Positions 32,962-43,300 of a stretch of 49,662 bases of DNA are shown one piece after another. Source of the stretch: a virus. Its lineage: Duplodnaviria; Caudoviricetes. The notes below the pieces were generated by a model. The model made no database searches. It worked only from the letters and a program-made list of their open reading frames with translations, and was not told where the DNA came from. The position numbers and the translations under genes are program-made. Where the stretch lies: positions 1 to 49,662 of the IMG/VR virus record IMGVR_UViG_3300037797_000107; one strand, 5' to 3'. Numbering within the stretch: the stretch's first letter is position 1; every line of letters starts with the position of its first letter.

Positions 32962-33458
32962 CACTTCCTCCCCTTCAGCGTCTCGACCCTGGACCGCAGC
33001 TTCCGGATCTCCACCAGCGCGTCCTCCAGGATGCAGTACACTGGTTCCTCGGCCTTCTTCGCTTTCAGCCGATCCTGCAACGCCTTCACCCGCTCGAGAA
33101 TGTCGATGCGATTCTTTCTCCCCGCCACGCCGCACGGAAGGTTTTTATTGCAGAAGGGACACACGTCGTATCTGGGAGGGGCATACCCGGGAGGCAGATA
33201 CTTCGGTTGTGCCGCGCCGTCGTACCCACGTAGGCTTTCCTCCGCCTTCCTCAGCTGCATGATTTCGACCGCGACTTCTCCAACGATGGCGATAAGGGAA
33301 TCCTTCGCCTTCTTTTGGCGTAGGCGGCCCTGAAAACTCACGATCCGCGAAAGGATGTCCTTATTGCTTTTTTTCGGCGGAACGCTGCAGGGAATCCCCT
33401 TCTTGCAGGACGGGCATACGATCACGGTCGCTTCCGTCTTCCTGGGTTTGTCGGCCAC
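32961..33458 (-). CDS. Hypothetical protein with a duplicated CPxC + coiled-coil unit
   Basis: CPSCKKGIPC...DILSRI and CPFCNKNLPC...DILERV. Confidence 0.7.
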   Translation of the reverse strand: MADKPRKTEATVIVCPSCKKGIPCSVPPKKSNKDILSRIVSFQGRLRQKKAKDSLIAIVGEVAVEIMQLRKAEESLRGYDGAAQPKYLPPGYAPPRYDVCPFCNKNLPCGVAGRKNRIDILERVKALQDRLKAKKAEEPVYCILEDALVEIRKLRSRVETLKGRK

Positions 33459-33500
33459 GTTGCCTCCTCTTGGATCAGTCTCTCCGCGTCAATCCTCCCG

Positions 33501-33526
33501 AAATGAAAACGCCCCAGAAGGGGCGT
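33501..33526 (-). terminator. Intrinsic terminator
   Basis: ACGCCCC-TTCT-GGGGCGT followed by TTTCATTT. Confidence 0.65.
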
Positions 33527-33571
33527 GGTGGAAACAGCAGGGGCGCATCTATCCTTCCTGTCGGGCGGGGA

Positions 33572-35560
33572 TCAGTTCAGGACCCTCCAGCAAGTATCGT
33601 CTGTAATACAAGTGGCCTTATAGACCGTGTTGTCCACCGTGTTGATGTACTCCTGCCCACGATAAACGGGGGTTGTACTCGGGGCAACCGCGCCGGTCAG
33701 TGGCAAATAGGAATCAACGTCCCATGCCGAGGATGACCCCCGCTCTCTGGCAATGAAGGCGACGTTATCCGCGGTGTCGATAACCACTTCCCCCTTGAAG
33801 AACGACGTGAGGTTCCCGGTGGGGTTCCCCGAATATGTCCTGCGCCCATAGGGGGAGAAGTTCCCGAGGTGAACCACGTTGTCATTTGCCCAAACAAATT
33901 GATTGACTGTTTTATTCGTCCCCACCGTTGTCGTCGGGCTGACGAAGTTATTTGTCCCGACGGTTAACTTTGTAAGTGGTAAATAGGATGCGTTCGTTCC
34001 TAAAATGCGGGAACTGGCGTTGGATGCGATTATCATCTGGTTCCCGTCCATAAACAGGTTCGATCTGATCGTTGACGGATGTGTAGCATCCACCCCCGTG
34101 TCGGCGAGCCATTGGTAGTATCCGGAGAGGACGTTGTTTGTGATCGAGGCAGTTCCGACGAAAGAAGTGTTGACGGTTCCCGCGTACCAGTTGTACCCCG
34201 CCAGATCGGCCCTACCAAAACCCCATCCGTAAGATTGACCCGTCCCGACCCAAGTGTTCCCGTCGATGACTAGGTTCTTTATGTTCCCCATGAAATAAGC
34301 GATATCGGTTTGTTCTATGTAATTGCCCTTTATAATCAGATTCTCTATCCCGTCATGCCCAACCCCGTCTCTCCCCATAATCAACCATGCATTATTTCCT
34401 AAGAACGTGTTGCCTTCTACGAGCACCTTCTTGATCCGGACGCCATTCTGCGTCGTGTGGGCATCGTTCGGCCTACCACCGAAATATAGTCCGTACTTAG
34501 TTTTCGCCACGTTCCCCGTAACGGTAACGGAGTCCACGAACATCGTGTCGTCATCTTCATTCCCTAGAAATAGAAAAGACCCAAGAAGGCCATAGACCGT
34601 GTTCCCGGAGATGGTCGCACTACCGATGCACCCGTTGTCGTTGTACCGGGCCGCCAGTTGGATCGCGGCGGAGGTATTAACGTACGGAAGATTCATGACG
34701 TTCCCGGTGATTGAAATGTTCGTCATCGCGCCGTTTAACTTGATCGCCTCTCGCGTAGTCGTGGAGGTTGGGCCGTAGAACGTATTCCCAGTGATGGCGA
34801 GTTCCTGATCCGTCTCCGTGTTGTAATCCCCGCTGTTCCCGAAATAAATCGAATGGTCCCTGTAATCTCCGAAAATGTTGCCAGAGATAACCATATGCTG
34901 CGACCCGGCGGAGAGGAAAGATCCGGCCGAGTTGTCGAACGTGTTGCCGATGATCTTGATATCCGGGTACACAGTATTGGTGGCAAAATCGACGTAGTAG
35001 ATATAGGATTGCCCCTGCACTCCCGGATAAACCGAAGAGAGAGGCCCACCGCCGTCGAAGACAATACCCGTGACGATGTTGTTTCCGTAGAGAGAAAAGA
35101 CGCTGTTGGTCAGGGCATCTGTATTGTCGTATTTGAACCTGCGGTGGATTACCCCGCCAAGCCCCACAAGGTTTACGTTGTTTCCAATGACGATGGCACC
35201 GGATTCCATCGTGTAGTGACCCGGAGGGAATATGATGTTGCCACCTGTCGTATAAACGGCGGCGGCGGCGGCGCGGATAGAGGCGGCCACGTCAATCGTG
35301 TTGTCTGCTTGCCATGCGGCCAACGTGGGCCGCCCCGATTGCCCATCCATGTACGCCCGAACGTCCACCCACGCGGTCAGCGCATCGTAGACGGAGAGAT
35401 CACCCATAAGGGTCAATGGGATATTGAACCCCGAGATTGTCCCCGTGCTGTTCCCGGTGATATTCTTCGCCCGCCAATTAAGATAATCACCTGACGATAT
35501 CCGCGGGAGAAGGGAAAGAAAGAACACATACGCCAATAGAAGCGCAAATCGCCTCTTCAT
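33572..35560 (-). CDS. Right-handed beta-helix (tailspike/pectate-lyase-like) protein with a signal-peptide-like N terminus
   Basis: VDVRAY, GGNIIFPPGHY, repeated I(T/S)GN(T/V)F; N terminus MKRRFALLLAYVFFLSLL. Confidence 0.75.
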   Translation of the reverse strand: MKRRFALLLAYVFFLSLLPRISSGDYLNWRAKNITGNSTGTISGFNIPLTLMGDLSVYDALTAWVDVRAYMDGQSGRPTLAAWQADNTIDVAASIRAAAAAVYTTGGNIIFPPGHYTMESGAIVIGNNVNLVGLGGVIHRRFKYDNTDALTNSVFSLYGNNIVTGIVFDGGGPLSSVYPGVQGQSYIYYVDFATNTVYPDIKIIGNTFDNSAGSFLSAGSQHMVISGNIFGDYRDHSIYFGNSGDYNTETDQELAITGNTFYGPTSTTTREAIKLNGAMTNISITGNVMNLPYVNTSAAIQLAARYNDNGCIGSATISGNTVYGLLGSFLFLGNEDDDTMFVDSVTVTGNVAKTKYGLYFGGRPNDAHTTQNGVRIKKVLVEGNTFLGNNAWLIMGRDGVGHDGIENLIIKGNYIEQTDIAYFMGNIKNLVIDGNTWVGTGQSYGWGFGRADLAGYNWYAGTVNTSFVGTASITNNVLSGYYQWLADTGVDATHPSTIRSNLFMDGNQMIIASNASSRILGTNASYLPLTKLTVGTNNFVSPTTTVGTNKTVNQFVWANDNVVHLGNFSPYGRRTYSGNPTGNLTSFFKGEVVIDTADNVAFIARERGSSSAWDVDSYLPLTGAVAPSTTPVYRGQEYINTVDNTVYKATCITDDTCWRVLN

Positions 35561-35579
35561 GATGCCTCCGTATCGGTGC

Positions 35580-37505
35580 CTATTGGATATAGTTGGTTCC
35601 TGCACCGCCTGGGATGATGCCCAGATTCCCTGGTGTGGCAGGGGTCAGATAATTTGTTATCTTCTTGTAGGTCACTACGATGTACGGCCTAAACTCCTCC
35701 GCTCCATCCATCGACGCGAAGATGCGGTTGGTGTCTGCCGCCCCATCCTGCCCGCCGTCAAACGCAATGTAGAGTGGTGAGGCATTTGCACAGGCCCACG
35801 ACGCCATGCTCTTGATATCCCACGATACCCAACCGGGAACGAGCGACACCTCCGTAACAGATTCATACGGTTGCAGAGTGTTGTCGAAGGTCGCCCACGT
35901 CACGGTTGATATATCCTGTGGGCCAACGCGATAGGCGTACACCCGCATCGGATCAGTGCCGCCCGATCCTTCGTGGCCGCTCATGTACATGTAGAGCCAT
36001 GCGGATGCGACGCTAACGTTGTCGGGAGGCGTGAAAGATACGTTGTCCAGGGTGCGGTTAGCGACGGTGCCGAAGGGCCATTGGTAGACTTCCACATAAG
36101 TATTCGATGAGGCGTTGTTGTCCGTCGACCCGCTGTTGATGAACGTATCCTCAATCGCCGTGATCGTGGCGTTTGTCTGCCCTGTTGAGGCGGCGGGCGC
36201 TACATATTGAGTCAATACCTGGTTGTCCGTATTCGGCGGGGTGTCGCTATCGGCTACCTGTGCGGTAAATTCGACCGTTCCCGAGGTTGTATACTCTCCC
36301 GTCAGTTCGCCACTCGATGACAAATATCGTCCGCTAGGGAGTGACCCTGCGACCACACTCCACGTATGAGGAGTTACACCGCCGGTTGATGCCAGGGTTT
36401 GCGGTGTACTTGTTCCTACCGCTCCGTCGGATAGCGTCGTCGTTGTTACCTCAAGCGTGGGCGGACCGGGATCCGGCTCCACCGTGAAGTTGAACGTTCG
36501 CGGCGTCATCGCGTTCCCGTTCAGGTCGGACCCGGTGATGACCTCGGACCACGCCTCCTCGTAGGAAAGCGACAGCGGCGTGCGGGTGATCGTGTACGCC
36601 GCGCTGGTGCCTGAGCACGTCAGCCCGGCATCGCAGGAGCCGCAGGAGGCACAGCCCTTTCCGTCAACGTCCAGGGTGGTGATGTCCGCGCCGTCTCCCG
36701 TGTCCCCGAATCGGAACGATGCCGAGGTGGTACCCTGCGCCACACCCGTCGCGCCATCGCCTGGGGAGAACGTGTCCACGTACGGCGGCGTTTGGTCGCT
36801 TTCTGCCCCGAAGTTCGTGGTCTGGATTTTTACATAGTCGAAGTAGATGTACATTGTTTGAGAGGTGTTATAGCCGGCCGCCCCGCCCCATACGGGGGTG
36901 AAAGAAAACAGCCGCCACGGAAGGCCGGAATCCGTGTATTTAACGTCCGTGCGGCGCGTTCGGAGCACATCATCAACCCACATCTCGAAGACGCCATCGC
37001 TATTCCCTGCGGTGTTAACCTTCGCATGGACGACGACCTTGTACCAAACGCCCTTCGATGCCGTGAAATCATTACCTTGGTTCTGGTAGTAGTAGGCACC
37101 CGAGCCTTGAACGGCCATATTGAGTTTTTGCCACCGCAACGCCAGCACCCAATTCTCGGAACCGCCCGTGTCCCATACGTATAACTGCTTGTCAATCCCG
37201 GAGGGATTCCACTCCCAATTCGATGACAGTTTGAAGTAATACTGGAAATAAAGTTCGGACTCTCCGGTGAAACTTACACTCATGTACTCCGGCGTGTTTC
37301 CGCTGGCGAATCCTGCGGGATAAGTGATCCGAGCAGCGTTCGTCTGGTCGGGGGTGGTGGTGTCGGTGATGACGGTTGCATTTCCAAGCACGGCTGAAAA
37401 TGGAGCCAGCGTGTCGAAATGGTGCGACAAAGGCAAGGTTGTCGCCGATCCATGAACAACAATCGGAAGAAGAATGAGAAGGAAGACGGCAAGTAGTTTT
37501 TTCAT
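35580..37505 (-). CDS. Signal-peptide protein with polysaccharide-lyase/ConA-like, Ig-like and DNRLRE-like domains
   Basis: MKKLLAVFLLILLP; YFQYYFKLS, DGVFEMWVDD, PVWGG; TWSVVAGSLPSG; EDTFINS, FASMDG...RPYIVVTY. Confidence 0.7.
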   Translation of the reverse strand: MKKLLAVFLLILLPIVVHGSATTLPLSHHFDTLAPFSAVLGNATVITDTTTPDQTNAARITYPAGFASGNTPEYMSVSFTGESELYFQYYFKLSSNWEWNPSGIDKQLYVWDTGGSENWVLALRWQKLNMAVQGSGAYYYQNQGNDFTASKGVWYKVVVHAKVNTAGNSDGVFEMWVDDVLRTRRTDVKYTDSGLPWRLFSFTPVWGGAAGYNTSQTMYIYFDYVKIQTTNFGAESDQTPPYVDTFSPGDGATGVAQGTTSASFRFGDTGDGADITTLDVDGKGCASCGSCDAGLTCSGTSAAYTITRTPLSLSYEEAWSEVITGSDLNGNAMTPRTFNFTVEPDPGPPTLEVTTTTLSDGAVGTSTPQTLASTGGVTPHTWSVVAGSLPSGRYLSSSGELTGEYTTSGTVEFTAQVADSDTPPNTDNQVLTQYVAPAASTGQTNATITAIEDTFINSGSTDNNASSNTYVEVYQWPFGTVANRTLDNVSFTPPDNVSVASAWLYMYMSGHEGSGGTDPMRVYAYRVGPQDISTVTWATFDNTLQPYESVTEVSLVPGWVSWDIKSMASWACANASPLYIAFDGGQDGAADTNRIFASMDGAEEFRPYIVVTYKKITNYLTPATPGNLGIIPGGAGTNYIQ

Positions 37506-37559
37506 GGTGCCACCCTCACGGCGATGCGCAGAGCCAGCGTTTCATGGAACCTCCGGGAA

Positions 37560-37585
37560 ATGAAAAGGGCCTCGAAAAGAGGCCC
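37560..37585 (-). terminator. Intrinsic terminator
   Basis: GGGCCTC-TTTTC-GAGGCCC followed by TTTTCATTT. Confidence 0.65.
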
Positions 37586-37610
37586 CGGCGGAGTCGGATA
37601 TCAGGTCAGG

Positions 37611-38174
37611 CTATGCGCCGGTCGTCTTCCAGCCCCAGTCCACCTGCAGGGTGTCGTTCGCGGTTTTGGGGACGTTCGGCGCCACCAGCGCATGGGCGAT
37701 GAAGGATGATACCTGCGTCCGCATGCCGATCTCGCCGATGCTGCCGTTCGTCGCCGCGCCTGCCGCCCACAGGAAGCGCCAGACGGTCCACTCCCCCGCG
37801 CCGGTCCCGAAGGAATCGACGCGCGTCGGATAGGCCGCCGAGATGGCCTGAGATGACGCGTTGATGAGCGTCCCGAGCCCCGTATCCGCTTTCGCCGGAG
37901 CCGTCGTGTTGACGCCGAGCTCCGCGTACATGGACCGCGTATCCCCGACGATGGAACTGGCGAGGTACTGCGCTACCCACATGTCGCCGATGGAGGTGAC
38001 AAGGTTATGGAACCCGCCCTCCTGCTTGACCCGGCCTGCCTCATCCATTAGCTTGTAATGGACGTACCCTTCGATGCCGATCCGCTCGATCGGCGGGCCG
38101 CCCCCGGGCCGGATCACGCCGACTTCCACCAGTTTCCGATTCAGTTCCGTGAAGAATTCGCCCATCTTCGCCAC
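37611..38174 (-). CDS. Virion tail-associated structural protein
   Basis: HNLVTSIG, TTAPAKADTGL, IGEIG, KTANDTLQVDW. Confidence 0.7.
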   Translation of the reverse strand: MAKMGEFFTELNRKLVEVGVIRPGGGPPIERIGIEGYVHYKLMDEAGRVKQEGGFHNLVTSIGDMWVAQYLASSIVGDTRSMYAELGVNTTAPAKADTGLGTLINASSQAISAAYPTRVDSFGTGAGEWTVWRFLWAAGAATNGSIGEIGMRTQVSSFIAHALVAPNVPKTANDTLQVDWGWKTTGA

Positions 38175-38183
38175 CTCCCTTTA

Positions 38184-38471
38184 TCAGACGAGTTTGAACA
38201 GCGTTTCCCGGCGGACGTAATTGAAGGAGCCGGACCGTCCCGCCCCCTGGAAGGCGCCCGGCCCGAGCTGATGACTTCCGGCGATGGTCTGCCAATCGTA
38301 GGTGTAGATCCCCGTCGCCGTGCCGCTCACCAGGTTCGTGATCGACTGGACGACCGTCGAGGACGAATCGAAGATCTTCCCCCACGTGGAGGTCGGATCG
38401 AACGCGACTCCCGAATTGTCCTTGAAGGTGACGACGAACCGGATCGTGTCGCCGAGCGTGTAGTCGATCAT
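38184..38471 (-). CDS. Small BppU/Ig-like tail protein
   Basis: YTLGDTIRFVVTFKD...DPT...TGIYTYDW. Confidence 0.65.
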   Translation of the reverse strand: MIDYTLGDTIRFVVTFKDNSGVAFDPTSTWGKIFDSSSTVVQSITNLVSGTATGIYTYDWQTIAGSHQLGPGAFQGAGRSGSFNYVRRETLFKLV

Positions 38472-39970
38472 AATTTATACGCCTCCAGGGTGATAAAGGG
38501 CATGGCGACATCGACGGAGCAGAACGGCTCCGCCGCCTCGATCCGGATCAGCCGCTGCAGCGACAGCGCGATCATGAGCCATGCGATGGTCGCCGTCGCC
38601 TGCACGCGGGCGTCCGTGATCCCGAGGGCTTCCGTGATGATCCTTGTGTACGCGATGCCCTCCGTTACAAACGCGGCGAGATTGGAATCCGTCAGCCCCA
38701 ACGTATCGGCGATTTCCCGGATCATCGCGACGGCCCGGTTTGCGGTGTCCTCGATGCCGAGCGACTCGGACAGGATCCTGGAATGGTCGCTCGCCTTGTC
38801 TGTGGCGTCCGTGACCCCGAGATTCTCAGAGAGGAACCGCACGACCGACTGGTACCGATCCGCCGAGTCCGTGATGCCGAGCGACTCCGTCACCGTTCGG
38901 TAGATCAGGACGAACAGGGATTGCGAGAGCGCGTCCGAGATCCCCACCGTATCGCTTGCCGTCCGGAAATGCCCCTGCGTCCGGAAGATCGAATCCGAGA
39001 CGCCAAGCGGATCCGACAGGAACCGGGTGAACGCGGCCTGAATTACCCGCTCATCCGTGACGCCGAGGGTATCCCGTACCTCCCGGGAGAAGGCTGCATA
39101 TCGGGAGACGGAGTCCGTCACGCCGACGGAGTCCGCGATATACCGGTTGATGTAGACGGACATCGTGACCGCGAGCGCGTCCGTTACGCCAATCGTCTCC
39201 GAGAGGAACCGGAACAACCCTCTCACGGCGACCGCCGCGTCAGTGATGCCGATCTCGTCCGACAGGAACCGCCCGTGCGCGGACGCCTTGCTCAATGCAT
39301 CCGCAAGGCCAACGGCGTCGGAGACGTCCCGGTTCGAACCGTGTACGCGGGTAGCCGAATCCGTCAGCCCTATCGCATCGGAGATCCTTCGTCCCGATCC
39401 GACCGACCGCGCAATGGAGTCCACAATGCCGACGGTGTCGGATGCGACTCTCGTGTAAGCCGTACCGCCCGCCGCCGCATAGACGGCATATATCCCCAGG
39501 TCGTGGGTTTGTCCGGTGGCGTAAGTATCCCACTCGGCGGGAGTGTCCCACGTCGGATACGTACCACGGTTATCGACCACCGTCACGCCGCCCGTAGCTA
39601 TATAATCTATATCGTGGTTATAATCATCCGTGATAATGGCAAGCCAGTAAATATTTCCGCCAGTCAGTTGCGGCTTCGTGCCGTAGATATGGGATCGCTT
39701 CTCTACGTCTCCTGCTCCCCAAGATAATTCTCCGGAATCCGAGTTTTCTACCAGCGAGTCCGGATTACCGTTTGCGGCATCGTCGGTGAATATCCCTAAC
39801 TTCACATAGGCGTTTCCAACCGCTCCAGACCATAATCCGATCTCGGATATCTCTATTACTCCAGACCCCGGACAGGTGAACTTCTGGGCGATATTATCGT
39901 CGGAGGAATAATAAATCGTCCCCGTTCCGTGCCGCGCAACTGGAGAGGATGTCAGGAATCCGTTCGCCAT
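38468..39970 (-). CDS. Repeat-rich tail fibre-like protein
   Basis: Globular N-terminal domain, then many roughly 19-aa repeats (R-x-x-S/T-D/E-x-L/V/I-G-I/V/L-T-D). Confidence 0.7.
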   Translation of the reverse strand: MANGFLTSSPVARHGTGTIYYSSDDNIAQKFTCPGSGVIEISEIGLWSGAVGNAYVKLGIFTDDAANGNPDSLVENSDSGELSWGAGDVEKRSHIYGTKPQLTGGNIYWLAIITDDYNHDIDYIATGGVTVVDNRGTYPTWDTPAEWDTYATGQTHDLGIYAVYAAAGGTAYTRVASDTVGIVDSIARSVGSGRRISDAIGLTDSATRVHGSNRDVSDAVGLADALSKASAHGRFLSDEIGITDAAVAVRGLFRFLSETIGVTDALAVTMSVYINRYIADSVGVTDSVSRYAAFSREVRDTLGVTDERVIQAAFTRFLSDPLGVSDSIFRTQGHFRTASDTVGISDALSQSLFVLIYRTVTESLGITDSADRYQSVVRFLSENLGVTDATDKASDHSRILSESLGIEDTANRAVAMIREIADTLGLTDSNLAAFVTEGIAYTRIITEALGITDARVQATATIAWLMIALSLQRLIRIEAAEPFCSVDVAMPFITLEAYKL

Positions 39971-39994
39971 CTACTTCTCCCGCTGGCTGAAATT

Positions 39995-40020
39995 AAAAAA
40001 GGCCGCGCGAGGCGGCCTTT
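39995..40020 (-). terminator. Intrinsic terminator
   Basis: AAAGGCCGC-CTCGC-GCGGCC followed by TTTTTT. Confidence 0.75.
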
Positions 40021-40042
40021 CGGTGAGGTGGCAATCCTTTAT

Positions 40043-40261
40043 TTATCGATCGTGGTTCGGCATCGCCCTGTCGCCCCGCGAGGGGGGAGGATTGTTGTTC
40101 TCCCGGTCGATGATATCTTGGATTGTTTCCTGGGCAAACGGCACGTTGTCTGTGACCGTCACGCCGTAGTATCCCTGATCCTCTTCCCCCTCCCCGGGGC
40201 CATCGTATCCGCCGCAGCCGGAAAGCAGGATCAGTGCGATGGCAAAGCAAAGGTTTCTCAT
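40043..40261 (-). CDS. Small lipoprotein (Cor-like position)
   Basis: MRNLCFAIALILLSG-C lipobox; directly after the central tail fibre gene. Confidence 0.7.
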   Translation of the reverse strand: MRNLCFAIALILLSGCGGYDGPGEGEEDQGYYGVTVTDNVPFAQETIQDIIDRENNNPPPSRGDRAMPNHDR

Positions 40262-40303
40262 GGGATCGATCCTGACTCCATCCTCCCTTATTGTCAACGA
40301 TAA

Positions 40304-43300
40304 TCAGATCCAGTCCATGAATTCCGAGGCGCCAGCGATCGAAGAGACTCTATACCATCGATATTGGTCCATTTCCAGCGTGACGGAGCTGGCGATATAC
40401 GAATGGTTCTTCGGCAGGAAATACGTCATGGTCTCACCGAATACCGATGGCCGACCCCCATAAAAACCAGGAGAATATTCACCGGTGGAAACATCGGTCG
40501 CATCGGAAAAGAATCGCTGCGGTGCCAGCATCGACCCGACAAACGAAACGCCGAAGACCGGATTGACCAGGGAGTTTCCGGTAGAGGGATCAGTACTGTA
40601 GGCGATTAAGACCCGGCCATCCGAATCCCCCGCCGCCCTTACCGATGTTAAATAATATGCCGTCGAGCTCACATGGTAGGTATTTGTCTCCGAGAACATG
40701 CTCCCCTGCAGGTACCAGGCTCCGTTTGGCCCTCCAGCGGAGAACGTAAAAACATATTGCTTCAGCCTGCTCCCGGATGACGTGTTGTGTATCCCGCTCA
40801 CGATGAGCCCGCCGACGGACCCCGTACTGAACGGCGACATGTGATAGTCGAAATTCAATGCAACGGGTGCCTGCCTGAGACTTGAAACGGCGCAGAAGGA
40901 ATTGACGGCTCCTGGAGCCAGGTTGCTCGAAAGCGGCATCCACACGAACTGACTGGTGGTGGCATTGAGCCCGAAGACCGCCATCTTCCCGGTCGGCCCG
41001 CACCAGGGCGTGGCATATCTCAAATTTTCGGAAGCGATATTCGTCAGGGAAACGATATACGTTAATTCCGGCGTCAGGATCGCCCCGGCCCGTATGTTCA
41101 TCCCCTCGTCTGAGAAGAAGACGAACAGATTGCCCCCGGAAGAAGGCATCAGGTACGGAATGGCGTTGTTTGCCAGCCCCGCGCTAATTACGAGCGTTTT
41201 GGTCACCTTGTTTCCCAATATTTGATTGACGCGAAAGCAGGTCCCCACGGAGAAGTAAAGATCCTGCACCGCAATATATTTCGCGGTTCCTAAGGAAACG
41301 CCTTCCATCCAACTCGAAATAATATTCCTGTCTCCCGAGTCCGTTATCGTGACGTTTGCATTGACGAGCCTTTTACGCCAGTTCTGCCACTCGTGCTCCG
41401 GCGTCCCGAACACCTGCAGGCTTCCTATCCACGCCTTCGCGCTCTCGTTCCCGAAATCGGACACCGCGTGGATGGCGATGTTGTTCCACCCCGGCTCTAC
41501 GGGCGACAGATATCCGACCGTATTGACCCCGGAGAAGCCGAGCCGCATCTGCTGGCCCCGGGCGGCGTTCGAATAATAGACGTTCCAGTGATCCACGGCG
41601 AGATACGCCGAATCGACCGCGTGGATCTGGTACTTGATGACGGGCGTGACCGTTCCGTCGGAGAGCGTCCGCGAATACTCCCACAGCGTCGCCGAGGAGA
41701 CGTTCGGCGGCCAGTAGGACCGCTTCGGGAAGAACGACGGGTTGCGGGAGATCATCGGCCCCTGGATCCAGTCGTCCACGTACGCCGACGGGTCGTGCTC
41801 GATCGCGGAGATCGCCAGCTTGTCGTCCTTGGCGAACGAGATCCCTAAGACCCGGAACAGCTTCTGCGACCACGCGGCGGCGGGATGCGTCACGTCGACG
41901 ACGTCCCCCGCCTCCACTCCGATGGCGTTGTGGTTCGTCTCGAACTCGATGAAGTTAACGAGATTCGCCAGGTTCGCGTAGCTGTACGACGTCGCCATCG
42001 CCTCGTCGCGGGCGTTCACCCCCGGCATGTCCAGCACGTGCTCGATCTCCATCCCGGGATCCACGCTTCGGACGTCGAACGACGCCTCCGCCGGGGTGAA
42101 GTTGTTCAGGGCGTCGAGGTATTTCAGCGTCACCCTGGTCGGTATTTCCTTGATCGAGGGCTGATGCATCCGGAAGGACCCTGCGACGATGTTGTCGTCG
42201 TCGAACGAATAGACCGACCCTTCCGCCTTGTCCGCCCGGATGCCGTACTTGCCGTTCGCGTAGACCAAAAACCCCCGGTAGTGGTTCTGGATGTTCTTGA
42301 TCGCGTCCATGACCTTTTCCGGCTCGAACAGCGGGTAATTCGTCGAGAACCGCGCGCGGGTGTTGACCCGGTACCAGACCTCCACCGGCTGATTGTCGTA
42401 CCACTCGTGCGCCCCGAAGGAGACGTTCAACTCCCCCGTGCCGTAATTGAACGTCCCGGCGCCGCCCTGCGTGGAGTACAGAGTTACGACGCCATCCGTC
42501 ACCGTGCCTGTCTCCACCAGCGTCTCCGGCGTGGAGACGACGGACATGCTCCGGGCGACGCTCTGGTACTTGGTCCGGTAGGAGAACTCCCAGTCGGCGT
42601 ACCATTTCGCGTTCCAGGAAAAGACCTCCTGGTACTGGTCCGCATATTCGGTGCTGTAGATCGGCGGCCGGTTGACGGCCAACGCGCCGGTTAAATAGTT
42701 CACCGATCCGACCTGCGCCGCCCCCGCCCCCAGGATCCTTCCGAACTCGGAGATCATCCCGCTGCGGGGGGAGTCGTAGTAGGCCGACCCGAGGTTACTG
42801 ACAAAGGACAGCGAGCCCGGCTTGATCGGCACCTTGTCGAGTGCGAATTGATGGAGCGAGGTGATGGTCCACGCCCCGTCCTCCCCGAATCCCGGCGAAG
42901 CGTTCGCCGGGACCTGCACGGCCCGGCTGTAATACTTCGGCCGCTGCGCGGACATGTCGACGATCTCGACGGTCGACCGGCTGCCCGGGGAGATCGCCCC
43001 GGTCGCGTACAGGTGCGCGGACGTGAGATCCGAGACGTTCAGGTTCGCCGAGGCGATCCCCATGCCGTACTGCTTGTTCGTCAGGAGATCCGCCACCTGG
43101 AGCGGCCCGGACTGCGTCCACTTCACGATCCCCGGGGAGTCCGCGTCCGTCCAGTCGGGGACCTGCTTCCCGCGGATCGTCCAGGTGACGTTCGGGACCG
43201 ACTGGTAGATGTCCGGGTTGTAGAAGAACTCGACCATCGCCACGGCGGTCAGCGGGAACGTTTCGCTGGCGATGTCGTACAGGTTGTGGACCGTCGTCAC

